Assembly: GCA_951406725.2 (NCBI GenBank)
Contig: OX597814.1
Span: forward strand, 50,964,001 to 51,028,000
Reading direction: 5' to 3'
Length of the DNA stretch: 64,000 bases
From: Octopus vulgaris
Taxonomy: Eukaryota
Position numbers and translations under genes: made by a program. Numbering within the stretch: the first letter of the stretch is position 1; each line of letters starts with the position of its first letter. Under the pieces are notes generated by a model that was not told where the DNA came from, ran no database searches, and saw nothing but the letters and a program-made list of their open reading frames with translations. Positions 26,504-40,399 of the stretch are shown here, in pieces.

Positions 26504-27799
26504 AATATATACATATTGTATATATGTGTACATGTCTATTTTTAAATATACCAAATCCATTGTTTCCCTAGCAGGGTACACCACACTGTTCTGACTGAAA
26601 TGTAACCAAGCTACATTGGACTTACATATTTTATGCAAAAACAAAAGCAGCTAATCTGTTAATAAAGTCTGACCTGTCATTGATATGTTTGCATTGAGCT
26701 CCATTATTCTATTCTATAGTTTTAGTGTCCAGTTGGTAATGTGTGTGTTTGTTAGCAGTATGGCAGCTTATTGCAGAATGCTGGACATTTTTATTATGAT
26801 GTCTCTCTGGGGAGTTCCTTTTTCCATCTAATGATCTTCCCATTCTCCCTGTGCTATTGCCTTTCTTCTATACTTTCTCCTACCCTCACAAATTTCTTTC
26901 TTTCTTTATCTAGCTCTGGTACTACCATGACTTCTTTTTGTTACTCTTTGTGTTCCTTCTGATTCATTCCCTTTTTGTTCACTCTTATCCAGCTTTTGTC
27001 TTCTCATAGCTAGTCCCTTCTCTCATGTTAATCTCCTATGTCCTACCTCATCCTACTTCTTTCACGAGTTTTTTTGAGATTTTTCCTCATATCTTTTAGC
27101 AGAAGCTCTAATTACTCCTTTTCTTTTTTTTTATATCTCTTTTCCATTTATTAAACAATCCCTCTTTGTTCCCAGATTCTGTATTTCACATATTACCGTA
27201 AGTCACACAATTTATTACATAGTCATATTTATGCAATTTATTGTATAATCATATATTATATAGGTGTTAGAAAATTGTTGGATGTTAGTATAACTTCCCT
27301 AAGTGTCTTCTATCCATAACATGACCACTATGATTCCCCTTTAGTTGGCATTCTCTTTCTAAAGTAATTCTTTATGTATAAGATACCCTTTATATATGAT
27401 GTGTCTGTAGTAGAAGAATAATTAATTTGAAGAATTTCATAGAATCTTATCAGGAACATCAGAACCTCAGGTTCCATAATAAAATGCACCCAGTGCAGTC
27501 TGTAGAGAGTTGGTAACAGTAAGAGCATCCATTCAAAAATGTAACATACAAATGAAACAGGGTTCCCTAATCCATCTAGGAAGGTAGTAACTCTGAATAA
27601 GAACTGACTCAGAACATTTTGACCTCTCTAGCCCACACCAACAAGGAAAGGACAAAATCATGAAGATGAACTGCTATGATATGTTGAACAGTCAGCAAGT
27701 TGATCCTCTAAATACTATTGCTGCCTTACACTCCTTATATCTATTACTTCTGCTGAGAAGTGGAATTTCTCTCCAAGTGGAAGGTAGATTGTACAATGC

Positions 27800-28230
27800 A
27801 TGTGTAATGAATTGCAATGTTACATAATGGTGGGACTAAGTGCAGAAGATGTGCAAAGGTTGAGAAGAAACAAGGTATGCATGATCACCAAAATTTGTAA
27901 TGTTGCTGTGCATAAGCAATGAGATATAGATTAGTTTGCAAAAAAGAAAAAAAAAAACTGAAGAATCAACTGCAGAGTGCAAGAGTGACAGCTGTGCTGG
28001 TATGAACATATAATGCTTATAAATAACAGACAAGTGAAGAAGTTGCGGGAGATTCATATGGAAGGACCAACCGGAAGAGGAAGACCAGAGAAGACATGGG
28101 CAGAAGTGATGAAAGTCGATTTCAAGAATCTAAACTTCACAAAAGAGATGACAAAGGAAGACAAGCAGTTGTATACTGCGTTGGAGAAGACTTATCCATC
28201 CCATGCAAGTACAGAAATACAGACATGCCA
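27800..28230 (+). mobile_element. Decayed RTE LINE C-terminal fragment
   Basis: Contains KKLREIHMEGPTGRGRPEKTWAEVMKVDFKNLNFTKEMT...ALEKT (the GRGRP.K.W RTE motif), followed by a family C-like tail start cccatgcaag. Confidence 0.75.
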
Positions 28231-28635
28231 ACTGTTGTGGTTTGGCCTTTTAGACCATAAATTAAGATTTGATATCTTGTTATAGATTGTGTTGGACTGA
28301 ACACAGTTTATGCAAACTGGTTGTTAACACTGAGCTCTGCTTGAAAACATTATAATGTCAAACAAGTCTGCCCACCTGTTGGGTAGTTGGCCATTTAATG
28401 TTTTAAAAAGGAAGATAATCACTGAGTTTGCTGGCATCACATTTGCTATTTGAATATTGAACTCTGAAGATTTTAAAAAACGTACTTGATATAAAGGATT
28501 GTATGTGAGTATTTATATTTATCTGTGAATATATGTGTGTAAGTACCAGTAGAACACTGGAGTTGATCTAATCAACTTACCCCCTCTCCGAAATGACTGG
28601 CCTTGTTGCCAAAATTTGAAACCTATTTATATATT

Positions 28636-28666
<31 letters not shown>

Positions 28667-28673
28667 ATTTAGG

Positions 28674-28789
28674 AATGGTCATGTTGCCAGTTTAGCCAAT
28701 AAAAATACTCGCACTATATATTTGGTGTTAATTTGCTTCAGCTTTATTTATTTTTTACATTTATTGGCTAAACTGGCAACATGACCATT
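28674..28789. repeat. Perfect 30-bp inverted repeat with a 56-nt spacer
   Basis: aatggtcatgttgccagtttagccaataaa (28674-28703) and tttattggctaaactggcaacatgaccatt (28760-28789). Confidence 0.92.
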
Positions 28790-28891
28790 ATCTGTTTCAA
28801 CACACGATTTCACATCAAGAATGTTTCAAAACAAATATATATAAATATATTTGTTTTGCAACATTCTTGATGTGAAATATATATATATATA

Positions 28892-29278
28892 TACTCTTTT
28901 TACTTGTTTCAGTCATTTGACTGCGGCCATGCTGGAGCACCGCCTTTAGTCGAGCAAATCGACCCCGGGACTTATTTTTTGTAAGCCCAGTACTTATTCT
29001 ATCGGTCTCTTTTGCCGAACCGCTAAGTGACGGGACGTAAACACACCAACATCGGTTGTCAAACAATGCTAGGGGGACAAACACAGACACACAAACACAC
29101 ACACATATATACATATACGACAGGCTTCTTTCAGTTTCCGTCTACCAAATCCACTCACAAGGCATTGGTCGGCTCGGGGTTATAGCAGAAGACACTTGCT
29201 TAAGATGCCACGCAGTGGGACTGAACCCGGAACCATGTGATTGGTTAGCAAGCTACTTACCACACAGCCACTCCTGCA

Positions 29279-29281
<3 letters not shown>
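28892..29281 (-). mobile_element. SINE family A, young full-length copy
   Basis: Reverse complement of the copies at 26081 and 34077. Confidence 0.93.
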
Positions 29282-29313
<32 letters not shown>

Positions 29314-29388
29314 TTATTTATAAGTTAAGGATATAATCATAAAAATGACCATATAGGTAACATTAATTTTTTTATGTATATAATTATA

Positions 29389-29520
29389 AAAATATAATTA
29401 TAAAAAAGGGCTACTAGAAATGACCATCACCAATGCTTAGAGTGGATTCTAGGTATTTGACATCTACTTCTAGCATTGGCAATGGTCATTTCCAGTAGCC
29501 CTTAACTATAATTATATTTT
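29389..29520. repeat. Foldback with ~55-bp imperfect arms
   Basis: aaaatataattata..aagggctactagaaatgaccatcaccaatgct pairs with agcattggcaatggtcatttccagtagccctt..tataattatatttt. Confidence 0.88.
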
Positions 29521-30004
29521 CATTATTATATATATATAGATAGATATAGATATAATATGAACTCAAGGTTGAAATTTGTTTGGGCAATATTTCAACTTCT
29601 ACAGGCAATTTCATTGCAGTTTACCATGGAGAAAAAATTCTCTTTTGTGATAAAAGATCTAAAGACATTGTTATCAGTTCAAAATGTCCTCTGTGAACCT
29701 TGCAGATGGACATTTCTGGTTCCTTTGCCATCTCCATTGTAGATACTAAAGAGAGGCAACTCTGAGCTGACCGAAATCCTTAACTTTATAAGAAATCAGT
29801 AAATGCTAGTTACTGATTTGCGCTCATAGACTGCCAAGTCTAATCAAATACATAAGTAGTAGTGCAAGGTAGTGATGGAAAATGAACAATCTTTCTTTGG
29901 TGTCCACTACAGCAGATGGCAAAAAAAAAAAAAAAGAAATTTGCATCTAGAGGCCCATAGAGGTCGTTTTGAGCTAATAATGATGTCTTTATACCTTTTA
30001 CCAT

Positions 30005-30155
30005 TAGGTTGTTTGGTGATAGAAAGGGTATCCTGCTGTAAAAACCCTGTCAAAACAGACACTGAAGCTTGGTTCAGTCTTCTGCCTGGCCAGCCTCCTG
30101 TCAAACCGTCCAACCCATGCCAGCATGGAAAGCAGATATTAAACGATGATGATAT
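30005..30155 (+). mobile_element. Family C tail, plus orientation
   Basis: gaaagggtatcctgctgtaaaa...ccgtccaacccatgccagcatggaaagcagatattaaacgatgatgat. Confidence 0.75.
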
Positions 30156-33062
30156 ATATACATGATGAATTTCTTCCAGTTTCTGTCTACCAGATCCACT
30201 CACAATGTTTTGGTCAACCTGGGGTGTAGCAGAAAACACAATTGCCCAAGGTGCACACAGAACCATGTAGTTTGAAAGCAGTCTTCTTTTATTCATTTAA
30301 TTGGCCACAAGGGCTTTGCAAAGAAATGAAGCTGCATACTTACCACACAGCCACACCTGCACCTGCAAAATATTAATATACATACTTACATATATACACA
30401 CGCAAACACATGTGTATATGCATGTATGTATGAGTATATCTGATTGTGTATTTACATAAATTTTCCCACCCCAACCTTCTGTCATTTTGTTTCTGCCATT
30501 ATACTATGAAGTTCTGTCCTCCTTACAATTCTTTAACTTTTATCATAACAGTAATTCCATGGTTCTTCGATTATTTTGTACCTACCTATCTTCCAGTCCT
30601 CATTCTTCTCACCAAACTTTAACTCATCTTTTTGAAGCATGTTTCTGCTTAGCTTTCTGTTTTACTTTTCTCCTTTGTCACCCCACTTTCTTGGCTTCTC
30701 GTTTTCTCATACGGCCCTTTCTTGATTCTCTCCCCCTCCTAACAAATCAATTCAGCTTCAATTTTCCCTGTTTCTTCCTTCTTTTTAGATGATAGGCCAA
30801 AGCAGCATAATATTATATGCTATAATTCATGTAGCAAATAAACTTTAGTGACCATCTAAACATTATTAACTCATTGTCTAAATATTATTTACAGGCTTCA
30901 AATTTTAGCAGAAAGCTAGTAATTTTGGGGAGGAGTAAATCAGTTACATTAACACCAATGTTCAACTAGAACTTGCTTTATCAACCCCGAAAGGCTGAAA
31001 AGCAGAGTCAACCTTAGCAGAATTTGAACTCAGAACATAAATATAGATGAAATATTGCTAAGCTTTTTGCTTGGTGTGCTAACGATTCTGCCAGTTTGTT
31101 ACCTTATTGTCCCATCATATTACAAACAGAAATATTTTATTCCCAAATATGGAATTTTCTAAAACAAAACCCATTGTAAAAAAAATTGTGGTAGTTCAAT
31201 AAACTAGTTGTTCAAATGGTTATAGCAACCATTTGGTTACAGTACTATATACCTGTATATGACATTAGTATTCTTGACGCAATAAATATACTTAGCTTCA
31301 TATTTTGTGGAGAGGCTTGGGAGTAAATGTCAATCAGATTATTCAGTTTACTATTCTAAAATCAAAGATGCTCTATCTGGAAGTCTACCTAGGGAGGGAA
31401 GATATGATTTCTGAATGTTTATGAAAAGATATTTCAGTGACTAAAAGACATTAAAAAAAAAAATGAGAAAATAACCAGCAAAACTGAATAAGACTAGCTT
31501 TAAAGAATATACAAGACATGATTCACCCCATGCTGGACAATAGTGAATATATGGCCACAAATGTATATCAATGTTGGTTTAAAATCAAATTAGTAATGTT
31601 AAGCCAAATCAGAGCATAGTCTAAGTTGGATATGAATTAGTAAACCCATTGAATATCATAGTATATAGCATGATGTATGTCTGTGATACAATTCTGTTAT
31701 TTCGGTTGAAAAGTATCTTTGTCTTTCTTCGTGTTTATTTTCAGCCAAAAGTTTTAGTTTATATGTGATTGAGATTTTAAGCTTTATTTTCTTAAGCTTC
31801 TCTAGATCCTTCAAAATCCTTAAGCAAAAATTTGCTACCAGATTTCTTAAATGGCAATTAAAATGCACAACTTCAAAATTTAGAATTTGCAACTGAAATT
31901 GCACACTTTCTCTGCTTCAGTCTATCTTAGATGAAATATAGGTACCACCCACATAGTCATATTTGAATGATCTGTAGGAAAATGTTTAAGTATTCTTTTT
32001 TTAATAACTATCAAAACCCATGCTAATATGAGAAAAAAAAAGTTATGAAAACATAAAAAAATACTATATATATAGAATAGATTGTAATCTTTCAAAAATC
32101 ATGTTGTTGCTATCATATTTTTATTGTGTTCCAAACAGATTGATTCCTTTTCCTTGACAAATGTACTTTGAGTCTATAATGTCATTATTTTAGGTTTGTT
32201 TTTTTTGTCCATAAAGATTTTCTCCATTTGCTAGAATTATAAACATTTATTATTGTAGGATTTTGTATTCCAGTAAGATCATTTTTAGTTTGTTTTACTG
32301 GTTACAGTTACAAAATTGCAACCACGCTTGGGGTATTGCCTTCAAGAGCAATGCTCACAGCAACCCCAGTACTTATTTTTTAAAAACTGTTTGTTGAAAT
32401 GCTAAGTTAATAGCAAGTAGACACACACACACATATTTGTATGTATGTATATGTGTATGTATATATATATATATATATGTCACATAATTAAAAATATATA
32501 TATATTTATGTCACATAAAAAATATATATATATGTGTGTGTGTGTATGTGAGGATGTGTGGCGTTCAATCATATAATAATGTTCTATCCTATTATTCTGT
32601 CACTCTCACTCCCTCGCTCCTCCTCCCTTGCTCATGTGGCTCCCATGTGACCATCAGCCATCTTTCTTTTCCTAACTTGTGTTTCTTTCTCTCCGTCGTA
32701 GCTGGAACAAGGAAGACGTGTTCTTCTCTGTCTCCTGTCCAAGCTTGATTTACACATTCACTACCACAACCACAGCTTCGTTTAGGCTTAGCAGCCCTTC
32801 CTGCTTGTTTTCACTGTCCTGTTTATGTTACCAATTTTGAACCTCCCAAATTTTATTTAATTTGCTTTGCGGAGCAACTGTTTTATCGAAAGTGTATATT
32901 GCTGTTAAATGCTCAAACTAGCCAACAACTGATGAAGGGTCGTGTTTTGTGTTGTTTGTCTTGTTTTCCATTTGTGTCTTTCGTTGTTCGAAAAAATAAT
33001 TCACATTCCATGTACTCATACTTTGTATTTTTTGTTGTACACATTTCATGACATCCTGTGCC

Positions 33063-33065
<3 letters not shown>

Positions 33066-33108
<43 letters not shown>

Positions 33109-33162
33109 TACTTACATCTATACGTATATATATATATATATATGTACATACTTACATCTATA

Positions 33163-33219
<57 letters not shown>

Positions 33220-33285
33220 ATGTACATACTTACATCTATACGCATATATATATATATATATATATGTATATGTACATACTTACAT

Positions 33286-33330
<45 letters not shown>

Positions 33331-33410
33331 TGATGATGATGATGATAATATATATATGCGTATAGATGTAAGTATGTACATATACATATGTATATATGCA
33401 TATATATATA
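33066..33410. repeat. Array of four ~24-bp units separated by (TA)n, plus one inverted unit
   Basis: tatgtacatacttacatctata(cg) at about 33101, 33141, 33219 and 33269; inverted cgtatagatgtaagtatgtacata at about 33359-33382. Confidence 0.88.
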
Positions 33411-33505
33411 TATTTTCTATATTAATATATTATAAGTATATGGGTGCCGTTCATCTAGCATCTCAACAATTAGTGATTGATAAAATAAAGTATCAAGTTT
33501 AAAAT

Positions 33506-33552
<47 letters not shown>

Positions 33553-34076
33553 AGCATGCATACAACTGGCTTCCACAGAGTTTCCAACTACCAAATTCCC
33601 CTCACAAGGTATTAATCAACTCATATCTATAGCAGAAGGTAATTCCTTGTGGTGTTGTGCAGTGTGATCAAGCCTGGAACCACATGGTTGCAAAGGTGAA
33701 CTTCTTAATTACACAACTAATGTATACTACTAGAAAATAAACTGAAATGGACTATAAATTTTATAGTATATTATCAACTACTGTGTTTCATTTTCTTGCA
33801 ACTAAATGCTACTTTACAAAGCATGGAGTGTAGAACCATATGTAGACATATATGCAATTAAGAACAACTAAACAACTAAAATATATTTTTTGAGGAGTAG
33901 AAATATCTTTTATGTTATATCTCCTATACTGATATTGTTCTACATTATGGCAGTGAACTGGCAGACACATTTGAGTGTCAAATAGAATCCATTGTAGTGT
34001 TTGTCCTGGCTCTCTGCATTCTGAGTTCAAATCCCATTAAGGTCTACTTTGTCTTTCATCTATTTGGTGATCAATT

Positions 34077-34490
34077 AGGCGCAGGAGTGGATGTGTGGTA
34101 AGTAGCTTGCTAACCAACCACATGGTTCCAGGTTCAGTCCCACTGCGTGGCATCTTGGGCAAGTGTCTTCTGCTATAGCCTCAGGCCAACCAAAGCCTTG
34201 TGAGTGGATTTGGTAGACAGAAACTGAAAGAAACCTGTCGTATATATGTATATATATATGTATGTATGTGTGTGTGTATGTTTGTGTGTCTGTGTTTGTC
34301 CCCCTAGCATTGCTTGACAACCGATGCTGGTGTGCTTACATCCCCGTCACTTAGCGGTTCGGCAAAAGAGACAGATAGAATAAGTACTAGGCTTACAAAG
34401 AATAAGTCCTGGGGTCGATTTGCTCGACTAAAGGCGGTGCTCCAGCATGGCCGCAGTCAAAAGACTGAAACCAGTAAAAGAGTAAGAATA
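34077..34490 (+). mobile_element. SINE family A, young full-length copy
   Basis: aggcgcaggagtggatgtgtggtaagtagcttgc...gactgaaaccagtaaaagagt. Confidence 0.93.
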
Positions 34491-35184
34491 TATACAGTGC
34501 CTACGAGGGCAGTAGATTGGCAGAATTCTTAGAGAATATCTTCTGATATCTGTTCCAGTTCTTTGCATTCTCAGTTGAAATTCTGCCTTGACATTCAAAT
34601 CTTGTTGATCATGTCATTGTCTTTCACACACTGAGAGAAGGCATCAAAGTGAACCATAACCGACTGTGGCACCAGCATCTCTCTTCAGTCAGACACACCA
34701 GCCATCACCTCAACACAGTTGTATATATGGATAGGGAGGCTAGGAAGTTCAAACACTAATGAATAGCCCTAGGGTTTTCACAAACCTTGGAAATGTCCTC
34801 TGCAACAATGAAACACCAATGCTAATTGATCCACATGGTTAAAAAGTTTAGATGTTTACTGCTTGTCTTTGAAGTTATGTCATCTTCCCTGAATTATATC
34901 ACACATAAAATATAGAAACAATTATCAAAGGTCACAGCATATTAACTAATTCATAATCTTTTGGTAAAGTGTCTAACACTTTAACTATTCTGCCATTGTA
35001 CACTTAATTTTAGTTGCTTATTTAAGATGTGGCATCGATCAGATAAAACTGATTTTCTAAGTTGAAAAAATCCATTTAAAATAATTAGGCTGGACAGGCA
35101 TTCAGAAAATTATGTCTGAGACCTTGCCTTCATTATTATGCCAGAATCTGCATCATCAGGCCAACAGGCTGTGAATCTAGTCGG

Positions 35185-35277
35185 ATGCTACTTGTACAGC
35201 TATTACTGCTTCTGCCATTATTGTTGTTGTTATTCCCAATTGGAACAGCTTCGCTTATAATTCTTAATGCCCATAAG
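35185..35277 (+). CDS. Candidate signal-peptide-encoding first coding exon
   Basis: First ATG after an in-frame stop; MLLVQLLLLLPLLLLLFPIGTASLIILNAHK, then AAG|gtatgc donor (phase 0). Part of the Leu run comes from a (TTG)n microsatellite, so it may be fortuitous. Confidence 0.22.
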
Positions 35278-37004
35278 GTATGCATGATCATCATCACAAC
35301 ACACATTTCTTCGTATCTCTTTCTCAAAGGTTTCATGCTTAATTAAATTAGGTTTTATTATAAATAATCATCATCATCATCATCATTATCATCACTATCA
35401 TCATCATCGTCAAGAAATTATTAGTGTTTTGTTATATGCATTTAAATGTGTACAGTTTATCTTCCTGTTTTATGGCATGGGAAGTACTGGTCAAAAGGGT
35501 ATTTTGTAATACTGCACAGTGTGTAGTTTTGTTTTGCTTTGTGTTGTGTGTGTTTGGGTGGGGTTCTTATATATTCTTTAATTGGATTAATTAGTTCTAT
35601 TCCAAAGTTCATCTTCGAAAGTTAATCCATTCTTGTAAGGGGTATTAGTTTGTTTTAATTGGTGTGAGATTCTTATAAATAGACTTTACTATCCGTTTTT
35701 TATTGTTTTTATATTAAAGATATGAATACAGTTTTCATTACAATACATACTACACTGGCAGGCATTAATCAGTATGATTTATCACATCTTATAATATTGT
35801 AACCTGCTCATTCAAAAAAAAAAAACATTTGAAATGCATATTTCTGTTATTTATTCTCTACAGCAATTTTCTAACAGCAAAGTGACCAATGTACAAATCT
35901 GGCCACTTTACTATTTTACATAGTTATATTTTACTGCAACAGGTTATTTGACACAATGTTAATACAGCTATGTTCTTTTCGACAGTTACATACTCTAGTT
36001 AAGGCAGTGAATGGGCAGAGTCACTAGGAGACAGGATAGAGTACCTTGCAGTATTCATCTGTTTTTTTGCACTCCAAGTTCACATCCTGCCAAGATCAAC
36101 TTCATGTTTCATTCTTTATGGAGTCCATATATATAATACTAGTCTAGTACTGGAGTTACTACTACTACTACTTCTTCTTCTCTCTCTCTCTCTCTCTTTC
36201 TCAGTCGTAATTACATGCCCCCACCCACATCTCCATCTTGTATATGTTATTCTGATCCAGCCTGAGAATTGCCTTAAAAGTTTATGTCAATGAGTCTTAA
36301 CCATTTTTTTTTTCTGTAGCACCACCCCCTTTAAGTAGTTGTTATGCCCGGTTCCCATCTAAGTAGCAAGTGAGATATCGTAACTAAACCAACTTGGGTG
36401 ATAATTTGTAAATTTTACTCTAAAAATGGATTGTAAAAGCTTTTAAGAGTGAAATGATAAAAAATTAATAAAGACAAAAGTTGTAAATTTACTTTATACA
36501 TTGCAAGTTAATGACTTCCTTGTGCCTGATGAGATTTCATTTATTTTAATAATTATTACTAGTTTTATCATGTAGAATATAATTATTATTATAGGTAAAA
36601 TTTAGCATGCTAATTATTTACCTCACCACCCATCCATGTTGAGAACTTCTGGTTTATGTGCACAAGGAAAAGTTAGCCCTTGTAGGGATTCATGAGTTGG
36701 AATTCAGTTGGTCAAACTACAGGCTTATTGTTGAGACCAATACAGAAATCCCCATCACTCTAGTTGCTACATACTTTTTCCAAGTATTCCTTTGACAGAC
36801 ATGTCTAAATCATCAGTTTGCAACTTCACTGAAGCACAGTTGCTTTTTAATTACTTGTTCAAGTTATCAGACTATGGTCATGCTAGGGCACTACCTGAAT
36901 GGGTTTTGTTGAATAAATTGACCCCAGTACATTTTTTTTCCAAGTCTGGTATGTATTCTATCACCTCCCTTTTGCTGAACCCCTTGGAGTGCAAATAAAC
37001 ATAT

Positions 37005-37304
37005 TTTTTATTTATTTATGCGCCCTTTTCAAGCGTAGCCAGGCTCATGGACCCGGTTTCCCGGTTTCTGTGGCATATGTGTTCTCCCCAGCTGGACGGG
37101 ACGCCAGTCCATCACAGTGTTACTCAAGAAACAGGAAGAAAGAGTGAGAGAAAGTTGGGGCAAAAGAGTACAACAGGGGTTGCCTCGTGGAGCTTTAGGT
37201 GTTTTCGCTCAATAAACACACACAACGCCCGGTCTGGGAATTGAAACCACAATCCTCCGACCGCAAGTCCACTGCCCTAACCACTGGGCCATTTGCACCT
37301 CCAC
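37005..37304 (-). mobile_element. tRNA-derived SINE family D
   Basis: Minus head gtggaggtgcaaatggcccagtggttagggcag...ggtttcaattcc; highly similar to 48633-48945; inserted within a decayed family A copy. Confidence 0.9.
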
Positions 37305-38052
37305 CAAAGAAACAGATGAATACTGCAAAAGATACTCTATCCTGTGTTCTAGTGACTCTGCCCATTCACTGCCTAAGTTAAATGGACACAAGTAAACTAC
37401 ATCAGTTGTCAAGTGGTGATGTATACACACATATACATATATATGTATATATACAGTGAACTTCCACACAGTTTCCATCTACCAAATTCACCCCCAATGC
37501 ATTGGTCAGTCCAGAGCTATAATAGAAGACACTTGCCTAAGTGTACTGTGGGACTGAATCCCAAATCACACGGCTACAAAGTAAGTCTCTCTGCCACACA
37601 CCCCATGTTTTATATTGGTTTTTTCATTAGTATTCTACAATTGTCTAGAAAGGGTGTGTGTGTGTGTTTATGAAAGGTGGGTGAGGACACGAAATGTATG
37701 GAATAACAGGACTGATTTTCACATTCCCCTTTTAATATGAGGCAGGAGAGAGCATCCCCAAGAGTGGGGTGGGAGTTTGATCCTTGCGTGGTTATCCCCT
37801 CCCTATATAGACCTACATTGAAGATAATTTTAAATTTAATCTTATACATAGTGTATTTATACATATGACTACTGTGTGTTTAGATATATGTATGTTTGTC
37901 TCTATCTCTCTCTCTCACACACACATACATACAGTCTTGAGTACCTATACATACATACATACATACATACATGTTTTTGCTTTTATGTTTTTGTTTCTCA
38001 TTGTGTTCAACGGTTTTTGATGTTCTGTACCCATATATGCATGTATATATAC

Positions 38053-38120
38053 ATATAGATGTAGGTATGTACATATATGTATGTATATGCATACATATAT
38101 GTACATACCTACATCTATAT
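38053..38120. repeat. Near-perfect 68-bp palindrome
   Basis: atatagatgtaggtatgtacatatatgtatg..catacatatatgtacatacctacatctatat; same core motif as the 33066 array. Confidence 0.88.
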
Positions 38121-39655
38121 ATTATTTATATATTATTTTATTATTACACACACACACACATAACATACACGATAATACCATGTATTTTGTGCTTTATTTG
38201 CATTTTATAATCATGCATGTTCACACCAGGATGTTTATCTATACTATTGTACCTTATTCTTTGTATTTACATCGGCCCTTAAAAAAAAAAGAAAGAAGTC
38301 GTTGCTGTTGTTGCTCTAAAATATTTTCTATTTAATGTTTCAGTTTTATTACGGTGGTGTGGCGGTGGGGTTGTTTGCTTTAAAAAAGTAAAGGCCTTCA
38401 GAGTTATCTCCCCTAGAACACCATCCTCCGGCTTGAGAATCACAATAAAAATTTTAACAACCGCATCCTGATACCTGTAAAGGTGATTCCTTGTATAAAA
38501 ATAGATTTACTGGTATTTAGCTGTCGAGTGAGTGACATGGCTTTGTTGTGTTTAGTTATCTTCCTTCACGTTCTTAGTTCAAATCCCACGGAGGTTGATT
38601 TTACCTTTAATTCTTTCGTGTGGTGAATAAAATAAATACCAGACAACACTGAGACAATCTTCTATAATAATTCCATTTACATCTTGGATGCATTATAGAA
38701 GCATAAATCATCCCTGGTACTATATTTTAACAACTCCTAGAGGAGTGAGAGACAAAGTTTCGAATTCAGTAAATTTTGGATTCTGAAAATGAAATGCTAT
38801 AACTAGATACCACAAAACATTTTCTCCAATGCTTTGCCAATTCACAGGTAATATTCTGTTATTCTCTCATCCTGAATATTGAGTCCTGTACCTGTATTGG
38901 AAATTATTATTATTTAGCTTTTCTTTATGCCTTTTTTTTTTTCATTTTCTTTATAATGATGGGATAGTAACAAGGTACAAATGGTTACATCAATCCACTG
39001 GTGTTTGTTGTACTGACCTGAAGGAACAAGTGTAAAACTTGATTGCAATAGAATTTGAAATCAAAGAGAGAAAGAGAAAGAGTTGTGTGTCTAATCTTGG
39101 AACCTACATAGCATCCAGTATGGTTCTCAACCACTTGCACCAGTTCAAATGTCCTGCTGCTTTGAATAACAGGGATAATATTTCTCAAATTGGCAGGAAA
39201 CATTAAAAGTATAAGGGTAGGATGAGAAGATGTGACATGTCAGTTACTGCTGAAAATCAAAGGGAAATTTTTGTCCTCCCTCTACTTCTATAATTATACT
39301 AAAATGTCTTATTAAATATTACCCTCCCTACATTATTGTTGTTTTGTTTTTATCTATTTTTTAATTTATGAGATAAATAACCAGTTGGCTTGAATGCAGT
39401 ATTATTACAGGTGCTTGACTTATAATGGAGGGCTAAGTGCAATACCTATAAAACTTAAGTATTCATAAAAGAATAAACCTCTTTTCTACACCACTAATAA
39501 TACCACTTCTAGAAAGGCCTTGAATGTTAAAACTATCTCATTCCTGCACTTTCACTGAAGTTGATCTGAAGCCTTTACCCTATGTAAGAAAGCAATCCTA
39601 TTTTTTACTATCTAAAAATATAGTTGTGCTCTTTTTGAGACGATTCATGTGTGTA

Positions 39656-39699
<44 letters not shown>

Positions 39700-39703
<4 letters not shown>

Positions 39704-40330
39704 GAATAAAAAGTTTTGCAATTTTTTGATAATTTATTTGCTTTATTCATCAAGTTGCAACAAAAGCAGCCTGTCATTCAAAATAGAGGCCATCATGTTG
39801 CACTGTCTGAAGTCACCTTTCTGTCAGCTGTTTGATCCCATGCTGATAGCAGTTCTTGTTCTTCAAGGTGAAGAACTTCTTCACTGAAGTTTCCACCTCC
39901 ACTTAGTCAATGAAGCATCTTGAATAAAGGAAAAATACCATGGATCAGAACAAGTAATAATCTGAGGGAGCTGGGTTCGAATTATATTCTGGGTTTGGCA
40001 TTATTTTATTCCCTCAAGTTCCTGGAGTTTATTCCCAGTCATTCGAATGGTATGAGATCTTGCATTGTCTTGCTATAGAAGAGCTCACTTTTTGTTAACT
40101 AATACCAGGTATTTTTGCAGCACAATAGCATAAATCTGCTCCAGCTGTTCAGAGTATAAGTTTGCAACAACGAGTCAACTATCCAGAATAAACTCAAAGA
40201 GAATTATCCCCTCCTGATTCCACCAGACGCAAAGCAATGCCTTGCATTCAAAATGCGCTTGTTTGGCAACAGGTTCTGGAAGCTGGCCTTTGCTTAACCA
40301 TCACATATGCATGTTGGATTGCAGAAAAAA
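39700..40330 (-). pseudogene. Decayed mariner transposase, 3' half plus terminus
   Basis: Minus translation WLSKGQLPEPVAKQAHFECKALLCVWWNQEGIILFEF...LYSEQLEQ...LL*QDNARSHT...PNPEYNSNPAPSDYYLF...HGIKQLTER..QHDGLYFE*, with stops and a frameshift. Confidence 0.85.
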
Positions 40331-40399
40331 TATCTCCCTCCGAGTATTATTTGTTTTGATCCATGCCTCACTTTCTGCACTCATGATGATTCAATAACC

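Noticed and set aside
32925-33000. Possible hammerhead ribozyme (ctgatga ... cgaaa)
   Set aside because: I could not build stem II or stems I/III around the core motifs by eye; an Infernal or RNAMotif search would be needed.
33066-33410. CRISPR-like repeat-spacer appearance
   Set aside because: The spacers are just (TA)n, the context is eukaryotic, and there are no cas genes.
35136-35336. Minus-strand 66-aa ORF resembling a short secreted peptide
   Set aside because: It is single-exon, contains an (AAC)n-derived Asn run, has a weak hydrophobic core and no processing sites, and overlaps the plus-strand candidate.
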